DNA from: an uncultured Desulfomonile sp.
GTDB taxonomy: Bacteria > Desulfobacterota > Desulfomonilia > Desulfomonilales > Desulfomonilaceae
DNA length: 64,000 bases
NCBI GenBank assembly: GCA_964542775.1
Contig: CAZIVV010000010.1
Span: forward strand, 1-64,000
Direction of reading: 5' to 3'
Shown here: positions 21,169-30,367 of the stretch, in pieces
Layout of the letters: the number at the start of each line of letters is the position of its first letter
Position numbering within the stretch: the stretch's first letter is position 1
Translations under genes and position numbers: made by a program
The notes under the pieces: generated by a model
The model's input: the letters and a program-made list of their open reading frames with translations, nothing else
Databases searched by the model: none
Told to the model about the DNA's origin: nothing

Positions 21169-22899
21169 TCATGTAAGCCCTGCTTGTGTCCCATAAATCA
21201 TTTTGCCTCCGACAAATGTGGCTTCTGGTTTAAGTTCATCAAGCTTTGAAGCTGACGAAATCTTGCTGATATCCATGTTCCAGATGACAAAATCAGCTCT
21301 TTTGCCCACCTCCAGTGATCCCAGTTCCTTTTCGTCAAAAGCGGAATAAGCGGCATTTAGGGTGTGGCATCTGAGTCCCTCAAGAAAAGAGATTCGCTCC
21401 GATTCTTCGAGCTGTTTTCCTCTCTCAGTCTTGCGAATAATGGCTGTTCGAATGCTGTCCCACGGCTTGTAGGAGGGGAAAGCCGGCACATCGGCCCCAA
21501 AGCAGATATTGGCGCCCTCGTTGATAAACGTGGCTATGGGGGTGATGGTGTTTACCAGTTTTCTGTCTGATTTTTCCAGAAGTTCATCACCCCTGACTGA
21601 AATCATTTCAGGCTGGGAACAAACCGGTGTCCCGTATTCCACTGACCTTCGTATGGAATCCAGTTTCAGAAAAGGAAAATGCTCAATTCGATGACGCCTG
21701 TTTCGACATTCGGATTTACTACCACAAGTTTTCAAAAAAGCGTCCAGAGTCAAATCGACGGCCTTATCTCCTACAGCATGGACATCAACCTGATAGTCGT
21801 GCTCATGAATAGCCCTTATGATTGCTTCGAACTGATCCTTTGGATGCATGGGTTTGACGACGTGTTCCTTCCGTTTGTTCAGAGGCTTGTACATTAGTGG
21901 GTACCCATCAATAGCTAGTTTGACCCCCTGTAACCGTAGCATCGGAGAATCGTATCGCCTCGTTTTTGAGAGTAAATGCTTGCATCTGTCGAGATCAGGA
22001 ATATACGGATAAACCCTCAACCTTATGGGCAGTTGTGAGTGTCGCTCCATAAGGACGTATTTCAGGGCCTTTTTGGCGGGCACGAAATTGTCATGGACAC
22101 AAGTTACTCCTTGCGCGGCGAAGAGCCGCATGGCCCATGAGGCTGCCTCGATTTCCTGTTCATCCGTCATCGGAGGGGTATATACGGAGTAGATGGCTGG
22201 GTAATGGACCAGGATTCCGTTTGGAAGACCGTCTTTAGCTCGCAGGTAGGACGCGCCGTATGGATCTTTGAGATCGCTTCTTAGAAGATTCGCTTTTTTA
22301 AGGGCGAGCGTGTTAGCCACACCGAACTGTCCGCTCCAGTGAATTATCAGGACAGGATTGTCCGGAACGGCATCGTCAAGTTCATGCCTGGTTGGGAAAC
22401 GTCCCTCCTTGAAATCCCTGAAACCACGGCCTACTATCCATTCCCCCCTGGATTTTTCCTGGGCTGTTTTAGCCAGCGCTTTTTTCAGTGTTTCAAAAGA
22501 TCTGATTTCAGGAGGTCTGAGAATCACAAACATCAGTTGCATCTGGCCAAAGGCAATCAGGTGACTGTGGGCGTCAATGAGTCCCGGACTGACACAGGCA
22601 AGTTTAAGATCTATTACTCGCGTTTTTTCATCAATCAATCTGGAAATTTCTTGATCCGACCCTACTCCTGCAATTAGTCCGTTCTTGATTGCCATTGCCT
22701 GGGCTGACGGTTTGCCAGTGGCCATGGTGATGAAATTACCATTCTTTAGCGCCAGGTCGGCGCCTGATCTGGGCGATGCAAAGACCCTCGGCGCGCCCGA
22801 AGATGTCAGAGCAACTATTGGAGCGGCCAGTAATCCCTTCAGGATTTTTCTTCGTGTGGGTAAATTCGGGAATGCCTCATCTCGGACGACCTTTCTCAT
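21169..22899 (-). CDS. Tat-exported amidohydrolase family protein (metal-dependent hydrolase)
   Basis: The start is set at MRKVVRDEAFPNLPTRRKILKGLLAAP, a Tat motif, with a perfect AGGAGG Shine-Dalgarno 7 nt upstream. The H-x-H and downstream His/Asp pattern fit amidohydrolase_3-like enzymes. Confidence 0.75.
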   Translation of the reverse strand: MRKVVRDEAFPNLPTRRKILKGLLAAPIVALTSSGAPRVFASPRSGADLALKNGNFITMATGKPSAQAMAIKNGLIAGVGSDQEISRLIDEKTRVIDLKLACVSPGLIDAHSHLIAFGQMQLMFVILRPPEIRSFETLKKALAKTAQEKSRGEWIVGRGFRDFKEGRFPTRHELDDAVPDNPVLIIHWSGQFGVANTLALKKANLLRSDLKDPYGASYLRAKDGLPNGILVHYPAIYSVYTPPMTDEQEIEAASWAMRLFAAQGVTCVHDNFVPAKKALKYVLMERHSQLPIRLRVYPYIPDLDRCKHLLSKTRRYDSPMLRLQGVKLAIDGYPLMYKPLNKRKEHVVKPMHPKDQFEAIIRAIHEHDYQVDVHAVGDKAVDLTLDAFLKTCGSKSECRNRRHRIEHFPFLKLDSIRRSVEYGTPVCSQPEMISVRGDELLEKSDRKLVNTITPIATFINEGANICFGADVPAFPSYKPWDSIRTAIIRKTERGKQLEESERISFLEGLRCHTLNAAYSAFDEKELGSLEVGKRADFVIWNMDISKISSASKLDELKPEATFVGGKMIYGTQAGLT

Positions 22900-23095
22900 T
22901 TCAGAACCTCCTGGTAAGACCATCTTAATTGCGGGGAAATTCATTTCAGTGTGTTTACTGTCGTGTTCTGAGTAAATTCCAGGGGCGACCCTGACAATTG
23001 TGAGCGCTTTACATAATTTTCTTAATGTGCCAGAAAAAACCAGGTACTGTTAAATCAGGTCAACAAATCCATCTTAACAAAGTGAGACCGTTCAA

Positions 23096-24163
23096 ATGCA
23101 TAAAGTGATGATTCATCCTGCCAGTTATGAAAAGATAACGGATGCTGTTGAGCTAGCCTTTGAACTATTTCCAACCCTCATAAAAGACAGAAAAGTTCTG
23201 ATCAAGCCAAACGTCCTGAGATCATCGGAAGCCTCAGAAGGAATTGTCACCAATCCGGCCCTATTGAGATCCGTAGTAGACAAGGTTGAGACCCTCAGGC
23301 CCGCTACTCTGACGGTGGGGGATAACCCGGGCATCATGAGTTACGGCGCCAATGAAGAAAGTTTTCAAAGAACCGGTCTTATGGAAGCCGCCAAAGGTTA
23401 TTACAGGAATATTGGAAATGAATCCGTTGAGATCAAATTCAATCCGGAATTCAGATCATCCGTGAGCGTTTCACGGGCAGTCATGGAAGCTGATGTTATA
23501 ATTAGTTTACCAAAGTTCAAGACACATGGCCTAACAGTAATTACCGGCGCAATAAAAAACAGTTACGGAATAATGCCTGGGGCTCAGAAGGCGGCGCTAC
23601 ACAAGGCTGCGGGTAATCCGCAGCGTTTCAATGATGTGATAGTGGATGTCTTTAAAATTAGACCTCCTGACCTGTTCATTGTAGACGCTGTGGTAGGGAT
23701 GGAAGGAAATGGTCCCGCTAGTCCGGAACTCAGAAACATAGGTTTGGTTCTGGCTTCTGACAATGCGGTAGCCCTGGATGCAATCATTGCAACCATGATG
23801 GGCTGTGATCCTTCCCGGCTTGGATTCCTGCGCAAGGCAAAACAGATCGGTCTTGGGGACTATGATTTGGATAATATTGAAATAATTGGGACTCTGAATC
23901 CTGTTCCGGACTTCAAACTGCCACCTCTGGGCGGTGAAGCGCTTTTCAGCAACACGGCCATTCAGGAGGCCATGTCACGTAAAATAACCCTGAGACCCAA
24001 GGTCGATCCTGATCTTTGTTCAGGCTGTGGAACATGTGTTGACCAGTGTCCGGTTTCAGCGCTTTCACTGGTGGAGAGCCTGCCTGAAGTTATCCCGGAA
24101 AAGTGCATAACCTGTTTCTGCTGTCAGGAAATGTGTCCTGAACATGCTATAACCCTGAGCTAA
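23096..24163 (+). CDS. DUF362 domain protein with C-terminal 2x[4Fe-4S] ferredoxin domain
   Basis: Two ferredoxin motifs sit at the C-terminus, CSGCGTCVDQCP and CITCFCCQEMCP. The N-terminal ~280 aa resemble the DUF362 family of uncharacterised Fe-S proteins. Confidence 0.65.
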   Translation: MHKVMIHPASYEKITDAVELAFELFPTLIKDRKVLIKPNVLRSSEASEGIVTNPALLRSVVDKVETLRPATLTVGDNPGIMSYGANEESFQRTGLMEAAKGYYRNIGNESVEIKFNPEFRSSVSVSRAVMEADVIISLPKFKTHGLTVITGAIKNSYGIMPGAQKAALHKAAGNPQRFNDVIVDVFKIRPPDLFIVDAVVGMEGNGPASPELRNIGLVLASDNAVALDAIIATMMGCDPSRLGFLRKAKQIGLGDYDLDNIEIIGTLNPVPDFKLPPLGGEALFSNTAIQEAMSRKITLRPKVDPDLCSGCGTCVDQCPVSALSLVESLPEVIPEKCITCFCCQEMCPEHAITLS

Positions 24164-24221
24164 AACCAGAGGTCTTTAGCCTGCATACCCCTGAAGATGA
24201 CTTGAAACATTCGAGAAGGAG

Positions 24222-24494
24222 ATGATGTCCACCATGAGAAAAATATGCTTTATGTTCCTTGCTGGCCTGGCCATGGCAATCGTTTCCATGACCCCCGGTT
24301 CTTGTCCGGCTCAGGGCTTTTTGCTGCATGACTTCGACAGAAATGCCTGTTATTCTACCTGTCCGTGCGATGTCCGTGGCATGATATCGGCCTGCGCCGA
24401 ATGCCGGCAAGAGTGTGACCGAAAATTCTGGGCAGATTTTGACAAGGAGACAACCGAAGAAAAGGTTGGATCCATGGATGATGACAACAACTAA
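24222..24494 (+). CDS. Hypothetical small exported Cys-rich protein (90 aa)
   Basis: A GAAGGAG Shine-Dalgarno precedes an ATGATG start. The protein has a signal peptide and 9 Cys in 60 mature residues (CPCDVRG...CAECRQEC), followed by an acidic tail. Confidence 0.4.
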   Translation: MMSTMRKICFMFLAGLAMAIVSMTPGSCPAQGFLLHDFDRNACYSTCPCDVRGMISACAECRQECDRKFWADFDKETTEEKVGSMDDDNN

Positions 24495-24509
24495 ACGCAT
24501 CGTGACAAT

Positions 24510-24543
24510 GTGACCGCCAGGAGATTAAAGCCGCGGCGGTCAC
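24510..24543. terminator. Stem-loop between the convergent small Cys-rich gene and the hisF-like gene (GTGACCGCC / GGCGGTCAC 9-bp stem). Candidate bidirectional terminator.
   Basis: The inverted repeat is read directly and lies between two convergent genes. Confidence 0.4.
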
Positions 24544-24559
24544 ATTACTGTAAGACCTG

Positions 24560-25324
24560 TTATAGAATCACAGGAACATTCCTGTCACGAAGATATTCTT
24601 TTACCTGCCTGACGGTCAACAGGCGGTAATGGAAGACTGATGCCGCCAGCAGAATGGTTGCCCCTGTTTTTGCAGCAACTTCGTAAAAATCCTCCAGTTT
24701 TCCCGCTCCGCCGGAGGCCACAACCGGAACAGAGACCACATCCGAGACAGATTTGGTAAAATCCAGATCATATCCGGCCTGAGTTCCGTCACCGTCCATG
24801 CTTGTCGGCAGTATGACGCCAGCGCCGAGCTTCTCGCATTGTCTGGCCCATTCTATGGCGTCTTTGCCAATTGCTTTGGTTCCTCCTGAAACCACAAGCT
24901 CAAACCCAGATGGCATGGCAGCGTTTCGACGGGCGTCAATCGCCACCGTTATACTGGCCGAACCGAACCTTTTGGAGGCTTCTTCGATAAGGGATGGATT
25001 ATTTACGGCGGCGCTGTTCATGGAAACTTTGCTTGCGCCAGCCCCTAAGACCAGCTCTATGTCTTCCAGGCTTGATATCCCGCCGCCAACTGTAAGAGGA
25101 ATGTGGATGACTGATGAAACATTCTTAACCCATTCCAGGCGCGTCTTCCGGTTTTCGAGAGTCGCAGCTATGTCGAGCATAGCCAACTCGTCAGCTCCTT
25201 CTTTCTCATAGATGGAAGCGCACTCTACGGGGTCTCCAGCATCCTTTATGTCCACAAAATGAACGCCTTTGACTACACGACCATTTTTCATGTCGAGGCA
25301 TGGCATGATTTTGATTGGTTGCAT
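24560..25324 (-). CDS. hisF: Imidazole glycerol phosphate synthase cyclase subunit HisF-like (orphan, no other his genes nearby)
   Basis: MPCLDMKNGRVVKG...IPLTVGGGISSLEDIELVLGAGASKVSMNSAAVNNPSLI matches the HisF (beta/alpha)8 barrel. The start is set at MQPIKIMPCLD, with an AGGAG Shine-Dalgarno 6 nt upstream. Confidence 0.8.
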   Translation of the reverse strand: MQPIKIMPCLDMKNGRVVKGVHFVDIKDAGDPVECASIYEKEGADELAMLDIAATLENRKTRLEWVKNVSSVIHIPLTVGGGISSLEDIELVLGAGASKVSMNSAAVNNPSLIEEASKRFGSASITVAIDARRNAAMPSGFELVVSGGTKAIGKDAIEWARQCEKLGAGVILPTSMDGDGTQAGYDLDFTKSVSDVVSVPVVASGGAGKLEDFYEVAAKTGATILLAASVFHYRLLTVRQVKEYLRDRNVPVIL

Positions 25325-25523
25325 TTTTTCTCCTGGGATTTCCTGTTTATTGTCAAGGCGGATCAATTCCGCCATTCCATACATAAAAAAACGTTGCGCA
25401 CGGACGGCCGAGTGTTTTCAGGTATTAAAATCCATGTTTGATGCATAACTATCTAGGTTGCGCCGACCGTACAGTCACAGACAGACAAACCTGTCTGGTT
25501 ATTGGCTACCACCCCTGGAGTGG

Positions 25524-27014
25524 TCATGACTTTTTCTGATCAACATTTTGTTCCTGTTTTGTTGCTTTACCAAGAAATTCGGGTAATTCCAATCCTGCTA
25601 CTTTTGCCAGTTCATGCATTGGCGGAATCACGCCCATGAATCTTCTGCCCAGATCAGACAATCCCCCATCTCCTCCACCGTCCCATACAATCACTTTCTC
25701 CAGTGGCAGATTCTTCACGGCTTCAGCCTGAATTCGAGTGAGTTCAGCAAGTTTCTCAATAATCAACAGGGCCGCGGTGAGTTGAGTATCCGACTGGCAG
25801 GCTTCCACCAGTTCCTTGTAGCCATGAGCCTTTGAGTCAAGCTGTGACTTTACTCCTTCAGCCTCCGCCTGCATTCGGGCAAGGATAGCCTCAGCCTCAC
25901 CCTGCGCCACCAGAACGCTTCTCTGACGCTGAGCTTCGGCCTCCAGAATGGCCTTCTGTTTCTCAGCTTCGGCGAACACAATGACCTCAGCGTTCAGCCG
26001 GGCCTGTTCCCTTTGCGCTCTGGCCTCTTCTGCCCTTCTCTGGGCATCCTGCTCGGCCACTCTGATAGATCCATCGGCCTGAACCAGAGCGACCTGACCC
26101 TTGGCTCTAGCCTCTTCTTCGGCAACCTTGCGAGTGGCCTGGGAATTGGCCACCGATGCGCTTGCCTTGGCCTCGATGTCAACTGCTTCCGCATCAAGCA
26201 TTGATACTTTCTGTCTTCTGTCACGAGAAGCTTCAGCCTCACCGATCATTGCCTCAGCATCCGCTGCCGCAAGAGCTTTTCTTCGATCTCTCTCGGCTTC
26301 AGCCTCTCCTACTGCGGCAGCGGCATTTGCAGCAGCCACAGCCCTTTTCTGGTCACGCTGTCTTTCTGCTACTCCGATAGTTCCGTTCTTTTCCTGCTCG
26401 GCAACATCAACAAGAGCCTGGTTAACCGCTTCCGCCGCCGCTTTTCGACCGAGCGCCTTTATGTAACCGCTATCATCCTCAATATCCTTGATGTTGACAT
26501 TAATCACCGAAAGACCGATTTTCTCCAGCTCGACGGAAAGTGATTCATTGACCTTGGTCATGAATGCCTGACGGTCGCGATTGATTTCTTCTATTCTCAT
26601 CGTTGCCATGACCTGTCGCATCTGTCCCAGTATTACACTCTGAGCTTGAGCCTGAACCTCCTCGACTCCTTGTCCGAGCAATCGGATGGCCGCATTCTGC
26701 ATTATGCCTTCTTCTGTGCTAACGGCGACTGTAACGGTGGTCGGGACGGTTACCCTGATATTCTCTTGAGAGAGAGCATTGTTCAGATCAATTGGGACAA
26801 CAAAAGGTTCAAGTTCCAGCCATGCAAAATCCTGAAATAGTGGCCACACAAATGCCGCTCCTCCGTGAATGCACTTTGCGGCCCCTCTTCCCGTCTTACC
26901 GTAAATTACAAGTATCCGGTTGGCCGGACAGCGCTGATAACGTGAACTCAACGCCCAGATAATCGAAATAAGCAATACTGCCAATACAACACTTATGGTT
27001 ATCGCCGCAGTCAT
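25524..27014 (-). CDS. Flotillin-like SPFH/band-7 domain protein (FloA/YqiK family) with long Ala/Glu-rich coiled coil
   Basis: N-terminal TM helix, SPFH core, and an extended EA-repeat coiled coil (AEAERDRRKALAAADAEAMIGEAEASRDRR...). The start is chosen at MTAAITI, with a GGAGG Shine-Dalgarno 9 nt upstream. Confidence 0.85.
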   Translation of the reverse strand: MTAAITISVVLAVLLISIIWALSSRYQRCPANRILVIYGKTGRGAAKCIHGGAAFVWPLFQDFAWLELEPFVVPIDLNNALSQENIRVTVPTTVTVAVSTEEGIMQNAAIRLLGQGVEEVQAQAQSVILGQMRQVMATMRIEEINRDRQAFMTKVNESLSVELEKIGLSVINVNIKDIEDDSGYIKALGRKAAAEAVNQALVDVAEQEKNGTIGVAERQRDQKRAVAAANAAAAVGEAEAERDRRKALAAADAEAMIGEAEASRDRRQKVSMLDAEAVDIEAKASASVANSQATRKVAEEEARAKGQVALVQADGSIRVAEQDAQRRAEEARAQREQARLNAEVIVFAEAEKQKAILEAEAQRQRSVLVAQGEAEAILARMQAEAEGVKSQLDSKAHGYKELVEACQSDTQLTAALLIIEKLAELTRIQAEAVKNLPLEKVIVWDGGGDGGLSDLGRRFMGVIPPMHELAKVAGLELPEFLGKATKQEQNVDQKKS

Positions 27015-27015
27015 T

Positions 27016-27636
27016 TCAATAATCCTCCGAATCCCACAATTCAATTACCTCGACCGTGTTTTGGTTAACAATGTTGACTACTTTAACTTTTGCCCCCTCC
27101 TTTATCGGAACGCCACTTTTACTGCAGGCGTTGATTACACTCATGACGCCTCTGACAAGCAACCTTACCTTACCCAGCCCGTTAGCCGGAATGTCTATGT
27201 ATACCGTTCCCTCCTCGCCAATTGCCCACGCGGCCGAGATATTTCCCTGTTCCTGCATGCCAAGGAAAAAATGCAGTATTGCCGATACGCAGAGCATTGC
27301 CAGGAAACCCCATAGAAAACTGTATGAAAGAGCTACCAAAACATGGGCGTTATCAGCAAGGTACAGTGAGCCTGACCAACTAAAAATAGTGGCGAATGCG
27401 AGCATGGACCGAACGGAAATCAGCACAAAGGCGCCAGAGCCCAAATCATGAGCCACATCATGAGCAGAAGGATCAGAGTCAGCGTGAGTTTCTGCCGAAC
27501 CAGCATGACCAAAGTCATGAGAATCTACCCCAACTGCCGTCATTACGATCTGCCAGGCGAACAGAAGCGTAAATATGACAGCAGAACACACAAAAACACG
27601 GTTTAGTGTTGAAAGTCCCTCCCACCAAAGTTCCAT
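27016..27636 (-). CDS. NfeD-like membrane protein (YqiJ family), the usual partner of flotillin
   Basis: N-terminal TM helices plus a C-terminal soluble (OB-fold-like) tail. Its stop abuts the flotillin start, giving the classic nfeD-floT operon arrangement. Confidence 0.7.
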   Translation of the reverse strand: MELWWEGLSTLNRVFVCSAVIFTLLFAWQIVMTAVGVDSHDFGHAGSAETHADSDPSAHDVAHDLGSGAFVLISVRSMLAFATIFSWSGSLYLADNAHVLVALSYSFLWGFLAMLCVSAILHFFLGMQEQGNISAAWAIGEEGTVYIDIPANGLGKVRLLVRGVMSVINACSKSGVPIKEGAKVKVVNIVNQNTVEVIELWDSEDY

Positions 27637-27877
27637 AATCTGACTCCATGTTCTGATGCTGACCCCTCAGGGAAATCATGCTACCATTAAGAGAGTCTTT
27701 TTGAAACGGACATTATTCAACTGATCACAACCACGGAGGTTGGTTTGATCCTGTTTGTCGGGTTGAATAATATAGATATATTCAATGGTTAAAAATATTT
27801 AACCCCCTGAGTGTAGACTGGTGTCATGCAGCTTCAACTGTCTTTGTGTAAACGACCTTTTGGACAGGCGCCTCAAG

Positions 27878-28348
27878 CTACATGATGAATCTGTCGATGA
27901 AAGATAGAATTGGTTTTGCAAAAAGATACATTATTGAAATAAAAACACCTGTCGAAATCATGATGATCATGAATATCTGCTGCCCCAGTCCAAGTTCTCG
28001 CCAGGCCTTTGGCCCTCCAAAAGCGTCCCAATCAGATGCGTCATAAAATCGTTTAGGCTTTTCCTTGCTTGGGTCAGACTTTTTTAATGTTTTGAACCTG
28101 TGCCCACAGATTGTGCATTCCAGGGGATAGTATCTCATCATGATCGTGCGCCAGCCAAGAGTCATGAAAGTCATGAGATAACTGAAACGCCTACCGTAAC
28201 CGTATTGAACAATGTGTTGGGTTACCTGACCGCATTGCTCACAGTAGCGTTTGATGAAAATAAGCTTACCCAGGAAGAGCACCAGAACCGTCAGCCCAAG
28301 TAGGCCCATGATGATCCACACTACAATTTCAAATGTCTCATATTCCAT
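27878..28348 (-). CDS. Hypothetical membrane protein with zinc-ribbon (CxxC...CxxC)
   Basis: CEQCGQ...CTICGH with a TM helix on each side. No family recognised. Confidence 0.4.
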   Translation of the reverse strand: MEYETFEIVVWIIMGLLGLTVLVLFLGKLIFIKRYCEQCGQVTQHIVQYGYGRRFSYLMTFMTLGWRTIMMRYYPLECTICGHRFKTLKKSDPSKEKPKRFYDASDWDAFGGPKAWRELGLGQQIFMIIMISTGVFISIMYLFAKPILSFIDRFIM

Positions 28349-28568
28349 GCCTTTTACCCAAAAGATATGAACAATCAGGCTGTCATGGATTTAAAACTAC
28401 GGTTGTCCGTTTGTTCTCCAAATCATTATCCGCTCAAAATTAAAGTCACTGTAAGAAAGTGATATTCATCAGGCTGTTATTGAACGAGATCCTGCCTGAA
28501 CAAGGTAAGGAGTCGCCCGTTACTGATTCATCAGATTGGGCAACTCCTACCGTGGCAGGACCACGCGG

Positions 28569-30209
28569 CTACATTTTGAGACGCTCTCTAAGATTGGAGG
28601 CCCTGTTACTGTAAGCCGCGGCTTTCTCAGTCTTGCCAAGGGCTTCCCAGCATCTTGAAAGATTTTCAAGAACAGTCAGGACCAATGGCTCTTCAACCCG
28701 TCCTGTAGATTCCAGACGACTAAGAGCCAATTCAAACCAGCAAATAGCAGTCCTAAAACTGCTCTTGTTGTATTCTTCCTCACCTCTGAGGTTGAGATCC
28801 TCTGGAGGCCATGAGGAATACTGACGTATAATAGATGCGCAGGGATCCTGAGGCGGCACAGTCTGAGTAACTATTTCCGGAGGTTCTATCTCAGTTACGA
28901 CTGGCACAGGCTCACTGATTCCCACAATGGCGATGGGAGGCCAGGGTCGTCTCCACCAAGGCCTTATCCAGGGAGGCCTGGCTCTCCACCAAGGCCACGG
29001 TCTGGCCCATGGAGGTCCCCATCTCCACCACGGGGCGCCCCATCTAGCCAAACCTCGACCCGGGCCGATGATTCGACCTCCCGGACCAACTACCCGAATG
29101 CCTGGTCCTACAATCCTACCCCCCGGTCCAATAATTCTTCCTCCCGGACCGATGATTCGACCTCCCGGACCAACTATTCTGGTTCCTGGACCAATGATAC
29201 GTCCGCCAGGACCTATGATTCTTCCTCCAGGCCCGACTACACGCCCGCCAGGCCCTATGATTCGACCACCGGGACCAACAATTCTGGTTCCTGGACCAAT
29301 GATACGTCCGCCTGGTCCAACAATTCTTCCTCCTGGTCCTACAATCCTGCCCCCCGGACCAACAATTCTGGTTCCCGGGCCAATGACACGTCCACCTGTT
29401 CCGGTTGTGCGCCCACCGCTTATAACCCTACCGCCAGTGATCCTTCCACCACCGGAGCTAATTATTCTTCCACCTCCGATTTGGCCTGTTCCGGTTGTGC
29501 GCCCACCTGTGCTTATGATCCTGCCTCCACCTCCCGATATCACTCTACTTCCACCTGTGCGCACTCCAGTTGTTGTTGTGGCGCCACCCAGGCGTCCACC
29601 GCTGGTGGTCGTTATTCTCCCACCACCTGTTCGAATGCCACCCGTCCTTATGGTTCCGCCTGTTGCTGTCCTCCCACCTGTAGCGCTTATGACTCTGCCA
29701 CTTCCAGTTCGGGAGCCGCCCACAACGACTCTGCCAGAGCCTCCTGAGAAGCCTCCAGTGCGGATGGTATGAGATCCTCCACTACGGCCACTGCCCGTCC
29801 TGATTACTCTTGAGCCACCAGTTCTGACGCCGCCAGTTCGAACGGTAGGGGTTGAACCGACGCGAACGCCACCCGTCCTTATTGCCCTGCCGCTACCCGC
29901 TCTGGATCCGCCAGCGCTGATGACCCGACCACCACCGGCTCTGCCGCTACCGTAACCAATGCTTCGACCGGCGCTGAATCCGGCTTGTCTGCCACCGTGA
30001 CCAAAACTGCGACCGCCTCCTCTTGGGCCATAGTCAGCAAGGGCAGAGGACTTTTCATTTTCCGTCACTGTTCGATTTAACTGTGGCTTCAAATCGGTGG
30101 CCGAGGAATTTGAGTCGGCTACAGTTGGACAGGGACAGAGAATCATTGCAAGGATTATGGCCAAAAGTAAGGCGTATTTAGTATCCCAGAAAACCAAGAA
30201 AGGATTCAT
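28569..30209 (-). CDS. Exported Gly/Arg-rich tandem-repeat protein with a Trp/Arg/Pro-rich segment and a small C-terminal helical domain
   Basis: A signal peptide is followed by about 250 aa of R-T/S-G-G type repeats and then about 15 GPGGRI(I/V) heptads. After these comes WGAPWWRWGPPWARPWPWWRARPPWIRPWWRRPWPP, and the last ~130 aa form an alpha-helical domain. Codon usage and frame are consistent. The plus-strand ORF 28927..29772 is its Pro-rich mirror. Confidence 0.6.
   Translation of the reverse strand: MNPFLVFWDTKYALLLAIILAMILCPCPTVADSNSSATDLKPQLNRTVTENEKSSALADYGPRGGGRSFGHGGRQAGFSAGRSIGYGSGRAGGGRVISAGGSRAGSGRAIRTGGVRVGSTPTVRTGGVRTGGSRVIRTGSGRSGGSHTIRTGGFSGGSGRVVVGGSRTGSGRVISATGGRTATGGTIRTGGIRTGGGRITTTSGGRLGGATTTTGVRTGGSRVISGGGGRIISTGGRTTGTGQIGGGRIISSGGGRITGGRVISGGRTTGTGGRVIGPGTRIVGPGGRIVGPGGRIVGPGGRIIGPGTRIVGPGGRIIGPGGRVVGPGGRIIGPGGRIIGPGTRIVGPGGRIIGPGGRIIGPGGRIVGPGIRVVGPGGRIIGPGRGLARWGAPWWRWGPPWARPWPWWRARPPWIRPWWRRPWPPIAIVGISEPVPVVTEIEPPEIVTQTVPPQDPCASIIRQYSSWPPEDLNLRGEEEYNKSSFRTAICWFELALSRLESTGRVEEPLVLTVLENLSRCWEALGKTEKAAAYSNRASNLRERLKM
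29058..29395. repeat. Tandem array of about 15 imperfect 21-nt repeats encoding the GPGGRI(I/V) heptad
   Basis: Plus-strand unit CC(N)GGNCCNAYNATNCGNCCNCC. Copies differ mainly at wobble positions, so the peptide is conserved while the DNA has diverged. Confidence 0.8.
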
Positions 30210-30367
30210 GACTGCTCCACCTCCAGGTCACCGGAAAGCGCAAATGAATGTCAAACGATCGTAAAACTCTCCTGTGACCGAATAAATCTGACCAGGAATC
30301 TGAATGGAACGCCTACTGTCATGTGTGCAGCAACTGTGATCTGTAGACAGTTGGAACGACTTTTGTC

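Noticed and set aside
26101-26466. Ala/Ser-rich ORFs antisense to and overlapping the flotillin gene (26101..26466, 26156..26380, 25994..26242)
   Set aside because: These are low-complexity frames generated by the GC-rich Glu/Ala coiled-coil coding repeats of the flotillin gene. They have no independent start signals.
28510-28548. Imperfect inverted repeat (GGAGTCGCCC...GGGCAACTCC) downstream of the cluster's last gene as a terminator
   Set aside because: The stem has a mismatch and no U-tract on the transcribed minus strand. It is too weak to call.
29058-29395. Possible CRISPR-like array, given the regular short repeats
   Set aside because: The units are contiguous 21-mers with no spacers. 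They lie inside an intact reading frame and diverge at wobble positions. This is a coding tandem repeat, not a CRISPR array.
28927-29772. 281-aa Pro-rich ORF on the plus strand (PGPMIRPPGPTIL repeats)
   Set aside because: It is the reverse-complement shadow of the Gly/Arg-repeat gene. It has no signal peptide, Shine-Dalgarno or C-terminal domain. The minus-strand frame has the signal peptide, the folded C-terminal domain and an operon fit.
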